A stretch of 62,751 nucleotides of DNA, filler included, from Rhabdomonas costata (GCA_019059605.1; 47 parts of 47 records of this genome joined end to end with filler, not necessarily neighbours in it); one strand, 5' to 3'. Shown: positions 37,355 through 49,556, counted from the whole stretch's first letter. The notes: a model not told the origin generated them from the letters alone. Numbers and translations are program-made.

Positions 37355-40144
37355 NNNNNNNNNNNNNNNNNNNNNNNNNNNNNNNNNNNNNNNNNNNNTT
37401 AATTAATTAANNNNNNNNNNNNNNNNNNNNNNNNNNNNNNNNNNNNNNNNNNNNGTTGTTGGTTTGCAATCAGACCTTCGATTGCAAACCAGCTCGCGGC
37501 CCGACAGCTGAAATCGCTTCGGCCGACGACCCACGATGAGACGACACAGAGTCTGTTTCTTCGCGTATTTTTATATTCAATTCGAAGACGGAAAGAAAAC
37601 ACAGAGGAAAAGCTGCCCCTAACAAGGCCGTCGCGGTCTGTGTGCTAACAAGGAGGGTCCAACAGTTCGCCTCGCCACTTATCGCTTCCATCCCATCAAA
37701 TCCTATCAATATCTAGGGAGGAGAGGTGCGTGTGCGTGTTGGGCGGGGAGGGGGTGGTTTGCCATTCCGGCCAACACATTAGTTTGAGATCATGTGAGCG
37801 GAGAGAAGCACGATCGGAGAGAGCAGTGAAAAAAAAAGGAGGAGCAGCATTGGGTTCATACCGAGAACCGCTCTCGCAGAGAAGCGCCCTTCGCGGCGGC
37901 TGCATGCCCAGCAATGCATTTTGAGTGCTGGGCACAAAGAACCATAGAGGAGGTCTGCGCACCCGTACACCGACAACAGGATGCAAAGGGGGCGGGGGGT
38001 TGATTCAAAACTGGTGACGGAACTGGATTATAGCTCAACCCTGCCAAATGCTGCCGAAGCTGCTCTGACGCTCCAAAACTCTGGTTCGTGTAAAGACCTC
38101 ATATTGGCCAAAAGTTTGAAAAGTAAAGCCGGCATCCGCTTCCGAAACGATGTTTCAGATGGACTGAAACTCATCAGTTAACTGAGATGGGCGATGCGTC
38201 CGTATTCTCTTCTGTTTCTCGCGCCCAGCGAGGAGTCCACCCACCCGAGCACCAAAAAGGCAATCGGAACAAACAGGCAAGGAGAAGTGGAGTTGTCCAT
38301 GAACCACAACCGCGAGATGGGAGGATACGGTAGCAGCCTCCCACGCGAAAATTGGAGAGGTCAGATCTGCAAGAGAGAGAGAGAGAGAGAGAGAGGGGCC
38401 CCGCTCGTACGCAGATGCAGGGTTGGAAGGGGTGGAATGGGCTACTGACCCACTATCACAGACAGCGATACGGTCGAAAAGCCCACTGCCCGTACCCCGT
38501 CGCCACGGACAAAAAACGAAAAAGGGAAGCAGGGGTACGGCCATTGCCCCGCACTACCCTCAATCTCACTCTGTCTTTCCATACCGTTGCCCTCTTTTTT
38601 TTTTCCGTATGAATGCAGTAAACACAGAAGGACCTGGAAAATGTTCAGTACCCATTCACAGCTTGCGTCTGTATCAGTGGACGCCAAAGCCNNNNNNNNN
38701 NNNNNNNNNNNNNNNNNNNNNNNNNNNNNNNNNNNTTAATTAATTAANNNNNNNNNNNNNNNNNNNNNNNNNNNNNNNNNNNNNNNNNNNNTGTGGTGGG
38801 GGAACAGTCAAGAATGGGAAGGCGGATGTGGGATCGGGTTCGAGATCCCGCCAATTGATTAAAAAAGCAGAGCAGAATGTAGAGCAGAACCCTCCCAAAA
38901 GAGGGCATCCCTTCCTTCCCAATTTAGCTTTTCGTTGGACTGAAACTTAAGAACAGCGAAAAGGGTACGCCTGTCTGGTGGAGGGGTCTATGTCCTTTCG
39001 TCCCCCTTAATACAGGTTGCCTGGGTCTCTTCCAGTACACATTCGACACGTAAGGACGGCACGTTCGTCGAACGTTTTAATTGGAATCAAGCACAGAAAA
39101 ACAAACTATTTCCAGGGGTTAAATGCCCAGTGAAGTGCAGCGGTGTAAACGGGGGGGGGGACCACTGCAAGGGAGTAGTAGTTCTCCCTTTTGCAGCTGT
39201 ATTTTTCTTGTGCCTAAGCTAACTGGAAAACAACACAAAAGAATCAAACTCTTGGCATCCAACTCTTGGCATCTCAAAGAATATACCTAACACTGCATCA
39301 TCTCTAAATACTACAATACCGGGGACATTGAAAAGAAACTGCATTTGTTGAAATTGTCAATGCGCAAAAAGGGACAAACTAACGCAAGGGTATAATTCCT
39401 ATTGTTATGCTGAACTGCCAATTGTGAGTTTGTGCATGGGTGTGTCATTGAATTGAATAAAAACTGTTTTTTTTACAATTTTATTGTGTTAATGCTAACA
39501 TATGTTTTTCCGGTTTTTTCTTCACATTTTCCCTCTCTATGATTGCTTGATCTCCACGCACTCTCCACCAATTCGTTGCTTTTTGCCCGGACCCTGAACA
39601 CTTTGCGCTGTTGCTGTGGCTCGTTTATAATAAAAAGCATTTTGGTGGGTTTTGGTGAGTTTACATAAGCTTCACCAAGCGGCGGAGCTGTTGTCTGGCG
39701 GTTGGACATGTGCCTGTGGCTTCAATTTTGCCTTATAACTGGGGCCAAAAGAGCAGGGTGGTCAGAGTTTGTGCATGAAGATTTATGGCAGGGAAAAATT
39801 AGTCGAACAGGCCTGGAGATTATTTTGGGCAAGGCAAGGCGCCCGCATCCGAAGGCCGCGCTGCGCTGCGCTGTGGGGGTGGGGTGAGGCGGGTATGTGT
39901 GCGGTTAACAGCAAATCTTGACTGAGCTCAAGGGTCGATAGCAAATGTTACGGAGGGAATCAGGGTGAATATTGTGTGTCATCAAGTGAGGTCATACTCA
40001 CCATATAGAGCTGGGCAACAAACCACNNNNNNNNNNNNNNNNNNNNNNNNNNNNNNNNNNNNNNNNNNNNTTAATTAATTAANNNNNNNNNNNNNNNNNN
40101 NNNNNNNNNNNNNNNNNNNNNNNNNNTGTTTTTCGTCCTTCCAG

Positions 40145-41360
40145 GGCTCGCGGAGTTTTACCACACGGGGCAGGAATACAACGTACGAGTTGCCTCACGG
40201 TACTTCAAGGGGCCAGAGCTCTTGGTCGACCTGAGGACGTACGATTACAGCCTGGACCTGTGGTCGCTAGGATGCATGTTTGCTGGCATGGTATGCGTGC
40301 ACGTGAGAATTTGCGGGTGAGCTTCTATATACCACAATCAATGCCGATTTCGATTACAAAAATGTTCCAGTATTTTCGGTGAGCTTGCCAGTGATGGGAC
40401 CCGGCCTGTTTTTAAAGCACCTCCCGGTCTCCTCAGTGCCAGGGTTTTTTCAAAAATTGTTGAACTTCGGCTCCCTCAGATCTTCCGCAAGGAGCCGTTC
40501 TTCCACGGTCACGACAACTACGACCAACTGGTGAAGATTGCTAAGGTGCTGGGAACGGACGATCTGTTCGCATACTTGGATAAATACAGCCTTGAGCTGA
40601 GTCCGCAGTATGATGGAATTCTCAGCAGGTGTGACTGCCCCACACCCACCCTTCTACGTTGCATGAAAAGGTGCTAGAGTTTGGAGTTTCGGTGCATGTA
40701 ACCTGCATCAAGGCAACTGTTGCAGCCCTTACCACTCGAGTTGTTTGACGCCTTGTGGAAGTGTTGATTCCGGTGCTGTGATGCAGGGGAATCTAAAACG
40801 GTGGCCTGTGGTTGATGGTGCCCATGGTGTCGAATGGAATTGAACTGAGTCTGGGAACACCAGCAAGATGTGCTAAACCTATGTGATCAACTGTAAAATT
40901 CGCAAACGCTTTGACCTTTTTCACTCCCTTCCTCAGCATATCACCATGGATGAAAATTAGATTCACGTGCCCCCTCCCTCCTCCCCCGGCAAATGGCAAT
41001 GTTGCGGCCATGGGCATTTTCTGGAACCAACATTGTCAACAATCGGTGGGTGGGGAGGGGCTTGAAACCATCCTTAATCCGCCGTCACCCAAACTTCTCA
41101 GTGAATGGATACTCGAAAGGTTAGATACAATGCAAGGAGAATACCAAGAAAGGTCACAACGCAGAAAAAGCTGGTAAATACGCTGCCCTTGCAGGCGTGT
41201 CTCCCTTTATGCCACAGGTATCCCAAGAAGCAGTGGTCCTACTTCATCACCAAAGAAAACCAGCACCTGTGCAGCCCAGACGCGCTGGACTTTCTGGACA
41301 AGCTGCTGCGGTACGACCACCAGGAGCGCATCACCGCAAAGGAAGCCATGGAGCACCCCA
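40145..41360 (+). CDS. CSNK2A1: Casein kinase II alpha catalytic subunit; exons 40145-40290, 40480-40628, 41218-contig end
   Basis: [29 protein letters not shown]...[43 protein letters not shown]...|YPKKQW...[24 protein letters not shown]. All junctions are GT-AG and in phase. Confidence 0.98.
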
Positions 41361-42050
41361 ACANNNNNNNNNNNNNNNNNNNNNNNNNNNNNNNNNNNNN
41401 NNNNNNNTTAATTAATTAANNNNNNNNNNNNNNNNNNNNNNNNNNNNNNNNNNNNNNNNNNNNTTAGAGAGGGAATGGAGAATAAATGGATTTCCGAGTC
41501 CTCCATTACTGTTTGATGTTTGCTTTTTATGTTTGTTTGCGTCCTCTCTTATTTTCCGCGACCGACGCGGAAATACTCTGTTTCGACTGTGTTTTCGTAG
41601 CCTTTTCTGTTCTCACCACGGAAGAGGAAACATAAGACGCCCGAGATATGCCTGCTTTCGAATTCCTCATTCAGTTTTGTGTGCCCAATTCCTAATTCGG
41701 AGGATCCCCCTCGATGCTTAAACTACGACCCCACGACATCATTCAGCGGCTACCTTCGGGGGGGGGACCGACCGTCGGGAGTGACGTGAAAACTTCTTAA
41801 ATGGGAGCACCGGCCCAAAGAGTTCAGGAACCCGCGCGGTCACGAACCATTTCCGCACCTCAGTTGACCAACTGCGACGGCCCCGCGCGGTTGCACGGGA
41901 GCACGCCCGCAAGTATCAGGACCTAGGAAACAACAAAAGAACACTACTAGTATGAATTGAGCCTTCATGCCGCCATGCCGTACCATATTTTTGCATTCTT
42001 TGAGACCGTTTCTCATCGTGACAAACCCAACCACTCGCGTCTTTAACTCA

Positions 42051-42382
42051 CCTCGAAGCTCTTGCTCGCCGGCCCGTTTTGCGGAGGGCATGCCCTGACA
42101 AGCGCCCTGGACCGCCTCCTGCGCAAGCGGTTTCTTTGATGGCAGGCAGGGGATATCCTCGGACTGTGGAATAACACCGTGCTGGTACGGAGGAGGAAAG
42201 GCAACCGGCCCAGGGCCGAAGTCACCCAGGTAGCCGCCACGTTCAGAAAGGAAGCGCAATGGGTGGACAAAGGCCGTCAGGGTATGAGATGCAGAATGCT
42301 TTGCTCCCGAGGGACCGTCGACGTCCGCCGGAATCTGGACAAGATCCGGGCCCTCTTCAACAAAAGGGACGATCCCGTTGGG
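42051..42382 (-). CDS. Probable Pro/Gly-rich exon, unassigned
   Basis: tag|PNGIVPFVEEGPDLVQIP...FLSERGGYLGDFGPGPVAFPPPYQ...EQELR|gtgagt is an open frame between splice sites. Confidence 0.35.
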
Positions 42383-44137
42383 CTACCGACACACGTCAGC
42401 TGAGAAGTCACCGGGGACAACGCAGACAAGCGGATACACCGACTTGTCCCGGGCACCGCACCCTGACCGTATGGTCTCAGGGCAGAACACCTCTCCACTC
42501 AGATGCTCCCATATATCTTCCGTGAATCACTGGCTTTATCCCAATGCACCACTACTTCATCAACTCTTGATCTTTTCTGAAGTCTCATCGCACCAACAGA
42601 CGGCTGCGAACACCAACGTGTTCTTAATCTTTTTATCCACTAGAAGGCTCTCCTACGTGTCCTGGGCGGTTACAACCTACACCAGTTAGCCAATAGCACC
42701 NNNNNNNNNNNNNNNNNNNNNNNNNNNNNNNNNNNNNNNNNNNNTTAATTAATTAANNNNNNNNNNNNNNNNNNNNNNNNNNNNNNNNNNNNNNNNNNNN
42801 TGTTGTGTGTGCTTTGCACAGCAACCGAAAAGTGCCCAAATCGGCTTTCCCCAGCTAAAAAGGGTACAATTAAGGGGGGAAAGCTGTGGTTTTTAGGCCA
42901 AAATTGATGAAAAAAGAAGCAAATTACAAGTACACGTGGATGAGGGGGGTGGTAACGGCACCTAAAATAATAGCTCTACTGGGATATGATGAAAGATGAA
43001 TGAATGAATAGTACAATGGCTGTAATACCCCACCCGCAAGCATCATTTCCCCATCAGCCTAAGCAAAAATAAGCTTACTACAAAAATAAACCGCGTTCTA
43101 AAACGTTTTTGTTTCCATTCATCCGCTGTCCACTTATTTATTTAGCAGGAGCCGAGGTTGCAAAACCTACCCCCAGGTTACTGTTGGTGGACTATCCAAT
43201 GGAAGTGGTCTCGACCGACAACTCGAAGGCTGGGTGGTAGCGCTGGCATTTCAGTGAAAGGATTTCTCATCTTTCCCGTTCAACCCAAAAACTGCACCAC
43301 CTGTTTATCAGCACGTTGGAAGGCTTCAGGTCGCGGTGAATGATTTTGTTTTTGTGCAAGCAGAGAAGCCCTGACCCGATCTGTGGGGTGGGGGTGGGGG
43401 TGACGAGGCGAGAAAACACCACTGGCAAAACTAAAAAGAATGACAGTTAATCACCACCCCTTCCCAGTGACCCATTGATTTGGTTTTCGAATTCGCCAAC
43501 CAGGGTGTTACCAGCTGGGCCCACTGGATTGCACCTCACTCAATTTGTGATGCACGGTTTCTGAAACAAAACGCGTTTAGACAGGTGGAGGAGAAAAAAC
43601 CGTCCTCCTGGATGCTCACCAGGCTACTCAGGCAAAGCAGCAATGATTATCCCACTTTCCCTGGGTGGAAGAACCAACCTTATCCGTGCCGATATGGAAA
43701 TGTGACGTGACCTCAGGGTGGTGGTTTAAATCAAATTTGGACGAAAAACTTGATAAACACAAGACCAAGGCAGACCGGGGCAGATCAGTACAGAGGGTGA
43801 TTTAATAAAAAAGAATTTCATTTCTTTTCACTGCACAAACCATCATTTTATCACCGCGGTTGAATCAATTTGAAAGGACCCTCTCCATAGTAAAATACGC
43901 GGCAAATAATTCCGAAACTTTCTGGCGCTCTTTTTTTTTTGCCTCTTTTGGCTCTTCTGGACTCTAAGGCATAGTCCTCCCCTGAAACTCCTTTTTGCAA
44001 CAATGGTCTTCCTTTGTTGTCTAAAATAAAACAAAACNNNNNNNNNNNNNNNNNNNNNNNNNNNNNNNNNNNNNNNNNNNNTTAATTAATTAANNNNNNN
44101 NNNNNNNNNNNNNNNNNNNNNNNNNNNNNNNNNNNNN

Positions 44138-44965
44138 TTTGTTTTAGCATCTCTATGATTACTAGAATCCTCAAATCATGTCTCTCAACTGGAGCAGTAG
44201 CATACAACATAAAAATTATGACGTCCGACAAACTAGCCTCTGCCAAAGAAAAACATAAAAACAGCTGATCTACATCCCATCAGTATGTGCTTTTTCTACG
44301 TAGATCAGCAGTTTCGAAGATGAAGAATAGTTCTGCCTTCGCTTCAGAAACCCCTGGACTGCATTTCTGATTGCTACGGCAATAGGACTAATCTATAGCC
44401 TCTTGCTTCCAGCAAGAGTGTAGATAAAGGTGGATTTTCCGGTGTTAGGAAGGCCGAGAATAGCGGTAACAACAGATCCATTTCTCTTGACATATGGTAC
44501 CTATTGAAGAGAAAAGTCCAAAATGGCTGATTCTACATCAGCGCTCGATAACAGCCATAGATGGCGCACTTATTCCAAGGCTATAATAATCACCAAAAAT
44601 GTGGGTATTTATGGAACTCTTGTTTATCGAAAATATTGACGGCTTGCGTAGTGTTCTGAGGAATTACACTGTGCTGAAGTCAGACCAACAACGCCATTCA
44701 TTTTCGTCACCATATACCGTAAATCGTGAAATATTTTACTTCACACTCCCGCAGCGCCTCCAGGAGCTGTTTGGTAACGTCCATATGACCGGTGATGCCA
44801 CGATATATCAACTGCTAACAACAATAACCTTCTAGTTACAATTGCGAGTCGTGCAAGAAACTTGCGACGCTTTTTTCATCAGCTTTTCTTTGACGAAGGT
44901 GTTTAAGAAGCTATATTTCCAACATGTGTATGTTGTGTACGCCCTGCAAGTACAATTACAGGCAT
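44138..44965 (-). pseudogene. der: Bacterial-type ribosome biogenesis GTPase Der (EngA) pseudogene
   Basis: Two tandem G domains can be pieced together across frames. GD1: MPVIVLAGR..HVG/SFLNTFV..TTRN..QLLEALRECEV..GLT..LRKPSIFSINK..DYYSLG. GD2: VTAILGLPNTGKSTFIYTLAGSKRL*ISPIA..RNAV/FFIFETADLRRKS..SDVIIFMLYATAPVERHDLRIL. No introns, several stops and frameshifts. Confidence 0.82.
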
Positions 44966-45002
44966 ATTAGTTAAAATTAGAGTACTTCCCAAATTGAAAC
45001 AG

Positions 45003-45073
45003 TGATAACGCCAGAGATCAAACCTGGGAAACATTGATTAAGAGCCAAGTGCTTTACCGCTGAGAACGTTACA
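45003..45073 (-). tRNA. Degenerate tRNA-Lys (anticodon CTT), probably a pseudogene
   Basis: Minus strand TGTAACG-TTCTCAGCGGTAAAGC-ACTTGG-CT-CTT-AA-TCAA-TGTTTC-CCAGG-TTTGATC-TCTGG-CGTTATC-A. The acceptor, D, anticodon and T arms are recognisable, but the T-loop and D-stem are mutated. Confidence 0.75.
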
Positions 45074-45815
45074 ACGAACGCTGTAGCATGTGCATGCGGT
45101 AGTCAAATTAATAGCATAACCACTCATGGAAATAATCTGGTGCCTGGATGGAGAGCCAGGTTTCTCGAGAAACTGTTAAAAACTCACGAAAGCAATATCA
45201 AGCCAGCAGCATTTTATAAGGTTCCTAAGCCCATCTACATATACATCTACTCTCAGGAAATTGGATGTATATGAGCACGGTCCACCTACTTTTCCATGGC
45301 GCTAACGTCACCTTTTAAAACGATAAACAATGAATAAGTGTGCAAGAGTCATCACAGAAATATCCAAAACAACCNNNNNNNNNNNNNNNNNNNNNNNNNN
45401 NNNNNNNNNNNNNNNNNNTTAATTAATTAANNNNNNNNNNNNNNNNNNNNNNNNNNNNNNNNNNNNNNNNNNNNTTTTTGTGTGTTCAATGAATCTTCAT
45501 CTCTTCATTCAATATTACTTGAAGCTTTATCGTGACGGTCCTTGTGCTAGTGTTGTTACGAAGAGCTGTCCCTTGGCTCAAAGAACCATTTTCTCCTTTC
45601 ATGCCATCTTCAGCGCTGCCGGGAGTCCGAAATGCTTGTCACATTCATGGCTGTGCAAAGTGAAAAGTGACGGCACTGTACAGTAACATTAATCAGATGA
45701 ATGGGCCAGTGAGGAACAGCCAAATGCAGCTGCTTGCAAAGCTGACTCTCCAGCTCCTTTCAGCAGTCTTCTGTTCCGGGGGCCTTTCTGATGTGTGCCT
45801 GTTGGAAGGGCGCAG

Positions 45816-45983
45816 CTCAGGAGGGTTCTCTCGGGGCGGCCTGAGGTTGTGGCCTCGACGGGTGCCCTGCTGGGTCAGAACCAGGTGGTGGGGTACTCCG
45901 AGGAGTCCCTCACTGACCTAAACGAGCACGTGATGTTTGTACACGCCAAGGTGCTCCTCGTGGACCCTTTCGCGGAGCGATCG
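45816..45983 (+). CDS. Phospholipase D superfamily (HKD) exon
   Basis: EESLTDLNEHVMFVHAKVLLVDPFAERS|gt contains the HxKxxxxD motif (HAKVLLVD). Confidence 0.75.
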
Positions 45984-46807
45984 GTGTGATTATGTGTACG
46001 GATTTTGAAAGAAAAAATGGTAGGTGGGCTCTGAGGCCGGTAGTGGCCACCTGGTCAGTGTTCTGCGAACACTAACTTTCGTCCTTCCTCACACCCCTGA
46101 GTGCATGCCACTAACGTGATTCTGTCTTTTCTCTCATGTCTTTCCTTTTGTGCCACCCCCAACCCCATCCACCCTCAATTTGTTCCCGCGCAAACTCATT
46201 CGAGGGTTATACTCTGGCGGCTGCAGTCGTTGCATAATTGATTTTCTTGTTGCTGAGCAGCCCTCCCATCCCAGCACCTAACATCGGGCGGTGTCCCAGT
46301 GGGTGTGTGCATCTCCTCCGCTGCACTTCTTGGCTAAAACGAGTACCTTCTGTGCAAAATGCAAAATGTTGTATCTTGCGTGTGTGTGTGTGTGCGTAAA
46401 TTGGGTGGTGGTGGGGCGTTTTCATTTTGAATTTTTATAACGTTTGAGACAACTCCAGGACGGACCTGTCCCATGACGGTCACTAGCGACGGCGACAGGC
46501 GCGGCCGAGCAATCGATGACTTATTAATCCTCCTCTAAGGCATCTATCACATAGTAAAACGAAGCACGGTCCAAAAAGCAAAGTAAAACAGAATCGGAGA
46601 AAAAACCCACAAGCAAAAGTGCAAATTGGTGGGAGGGGAGGGGTCATTCCGGTTTCTGTAAGTATTTGGGTACTCCCCCCACACCACAACCCACACACAC
46701 CCAACACNNNNNNNNNNNNNNNNNNNNNNNNNNNNNNNNNNNNNNNNNNNNTTAATTAATTAANNNNNNNNNNNNNNNNNNNNNNNNNNNNNNNNNNNNN
46801 NNNNNNN

Positions 46808-47440
46808 TGTGTGGTTGGTGTAGTGCAGGGCGTAGTCTTGCAGCAGGGCTCGAGCGGCGGAGAACTGCCCTGGGGTCGGGTGGGGGTGCGGGTGGATTAG
46901 CAGACAAAGCCTCTTCAAGCGGTCACTAGTTTCAGAGATGCTGGAAAAGCGATCGTTTTTCGTTAGGAGCTGGTTTTTCAGCGATAGATATGCAGAACTT
47001 AGAGCTCAGCGAGATGGCCAAGTTGGCCTCATTGTGGGAAAACACGCTAAACTCCTCCGTTATGTTGAACGGAACTCTCTCTCTCTCTCGACCTCGGTAG
47101 AACTGCTCCACACAGTTGGCCCACAGCCTCTGGCGGTGAAAGCTCTTGCTGCCCGCCCTCTCCACGTCCAACCCACTGGCCAGGGAGTGGTGCTCCATTG
47201 GGATAAGCAGAGCTGCAAGAACACACGTACACACATGTCATGGGACGAGTCACTCGCCCGAGTGTGGTGTGATGGGTGCGGGACCGGCCTCTCGGAAGGT
47301 CTTCGAAGAGAGCGAACGGTTTGTCACAGGGCTGCTGGCTCAGCACCCAACAGGAGCCCAGGTTGACTTCCATGCTGCCGATGGGTTTTTGGTTCGGCGC
47401 TTGGTCGCGTTGAACTGCTTCCGAGAGGTCATCCCCAGGG
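46808..47440 (-). CDS. Probable C-terminal part of a divergent class III cyclase (3 exons)
   Basis: Phase-1 joins give ...CWVLSQQPCDKPFALFEDLPR|ALLIPMEHH...QRLWANCVEQFYR|GQFSAARALLQDY, resembling the KP...YE and Y..G.F..A...L tail of cyclases. Confidence 0.45.
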
Positions 47441-47735
47441 CCCTGTTTGTCCATCAGTGACCGGGGTGGACACACGGTTGCCCATAATTTGGTCTCCGTG
47501 TGGCAGGCTGCAGGTCGCAGGCTGGGTAGGCAGGGTGAGTGAGGTAAGAGCTTGAGCTTGGCTTGATGACCCCACATGGTCATGTAAAGTCATCCAAACA
47601 TTCAAACTGCGACTAGCGCTTTTGGTTTGGGTGACTGGTAAATGTTTTGTATACATCCAGTATATACATGCAGAAACGTTGAACCGCTTCATTTGTAAAT
47701 TTATGTACGCAATTTATGTATACACAAATTTATAT

Positions 47736-48044
47736 GGCATAGGTAAACTTATTCGACACACAGGATAGAAGAAGAACTGTGAAACCTCACTGGAAACAGC
47801 CCTTGTCCTTGATGCACTCCAACAAGCAAAAGAAAGGGTCAGAGTCATCTGGGAGGTTTGCCCGCCACTGGATTTCCTTCACAGAGCTCTCTAAAATGTC
47901 ACCACGGCAGCCACCAGGTGCCCTGAGAAAGTTCTTCAGGTTACCCCAAGCACCGTCTATGCCTTGAGTAGAAACCACTCCCAACTTCCCGTGAATGGTC
48001 TCGCGTCGGGAAAACTCCCCTTTGCTATGATCCACCTGGGCATT
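47736..48044 (-). mobile_element. Third Merlin copy: transposase C-terminus and probable 3-prime end
   Basis: VDHSKGEFSRRETIHGKLGVVSTQGIDGAWGNLK...VKEIQWRANLPDDSDPFFCLLECIKDKGCFQ* (47787-48035) is homologous to 36532-36775. GGCATA at 47736 matches the family terminus. Confidence 0.85.
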
Positions 48045-49556
48045 NNNNNNNNNNNNNNNNNNNNNNNNNNNNNNNNNNNNNNNNNNNNTTAATTAATTAA
48101 NNNNNNNNNNNNNNNNNNNNNNNNNNNNNNNNNNNNNNNNNNNNGGGTGGGGGTGGACGGAGAAGACAAACGTGAAAGGTGGAGAAAACCTCCAATGTCT
48201 CCTCGGCTGGCGTGACCTCGTGATTCCCGCGCATACACGATGCTGACTCTTGTCTTGTGCCCGGTGCCGCGCAAGGGCACTGCAGTTAGGTGGCAGTTGA
48301 GGTCAATAAAAACATCCGGTAGTAGTTACTTTCAATTTCGAAACCGTACGTTGCAGATTATTTTAGACAATTTGTTCCACTACGCGAACAACCTGTATTT
48401 CCATGAGCTGCACGATGTATGGTTACATGACAAAACAGAGAAAAATAAACCGACTTGTTGATTGTCCTAGCAATTTTGTCACCCAAATTTGTGAGTGTGT
48501 TGTCCTCAAAGGTTAGTTATTTAATTAAGGGGATGTTTTATTTTACTTTGAATATTATATGGATTATTTTTTCTTTTCCATCCAGAACTGGTGAATATCG
48601 AACAGTACGCAGGAAACAAGCTGCCGTGAAGGGTGTGCGGAGGGATAGCCAATGGGGAATGGGTTTTTGTATACAAGACACACTCCCTCTTTCCACTCAC
48701 TGGACTTTCAAAATTGGAAGTTGCAGGGAAAAGCGCTCCGCGGTCCTCATGCGGCACTGGCCCCCTGGTCGGCACGCAGCGGTTGATTTGGTCACACATG
48801 CGTTGAACCACTCCCAACATTCGAACGTCAACTTGCGCTGGAGAGGGCTGAACAAAGAAAAGACAAGGTTTAAAGGGACGCAAGGACCGACCGACCGGCA
48901 AGAACACAAAAGCCCCCTAGATACCCCTAGATACCCCCTCAGTAGCATCAAGGCATCACGTAGGCATGGTCGGTAGGGCATGCCGTAGTAGAGTGTCCCC
49001 GAGTGGAGGATGTTCTGAGTCGGAGTAAGGCATCTTTCTCTCTCTTTCTCTCCCCTATGTGTCCCCGAGTGGAGGATGTCATGCATCGGAGTCACTCATA
49101 GGCACGAAGCATGCAGTCACGTACTGGCGCATGCGTAGTAGAGGCATCAAGGCATCTGCGATAGAGGTAAGAATCCCCCTCTACCCTTCAAGCCCCCAGG
49201 ATGCTAGCGAGGGAGCCATGCGTAGAAGGAAAGGCACCGCAGGTAGAAGAAAGAACCCCTGCATGCCTTTTACTCTCTCAACGCTGGTAGAAGGCGTAAC
49301 ATCAACCCCTACCCTCACAGAATGCCTCCAACTCCTGACCCCACGAAACAAGAAAGCCTAGACCTAGATCAACCCACAACCNNNNNNNNNNNNNNNNNNN
49401 NNNNNNNNNNNNNNNNNNNNNNNNNTTAATTAATTAANNNNNNNNNNNNNNNNNNNNNNNNNNNNNNNNNNNNNNNNNNNNGTGGTTTGTGCAAAATCCC
49501 CTGCCCCATTCTTTGGGTGATATAATAAAGAAAGGGGCAGGGGATTTTGTACAAAC

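Noticed and set aside
28818-39273. Short tandem duplications (13-mer near 28818, 14-mer near 39247) and (CA)n/(GA)n tracts
   Set aside because: Ordinary slippage products in intronic or intergenic DNA.
44380-44580. In-frame TAG/TAA in the GTPase as evidence of a TAR-to-Gln genetic code
   Set aside because: The same gene also has TGA stops, several frameshifts and broken G-motifs (DTAG to ETAD, TRD to TRN), so pseudogene decay explains the stops better.
45000-45270. Plus-strand frame resembling an RNase D C-terminus (LVPGWRARFL)
   Set aside because: The similarity is short, and its upstream part overlaps the better-supported tRNA on the opposite strand.
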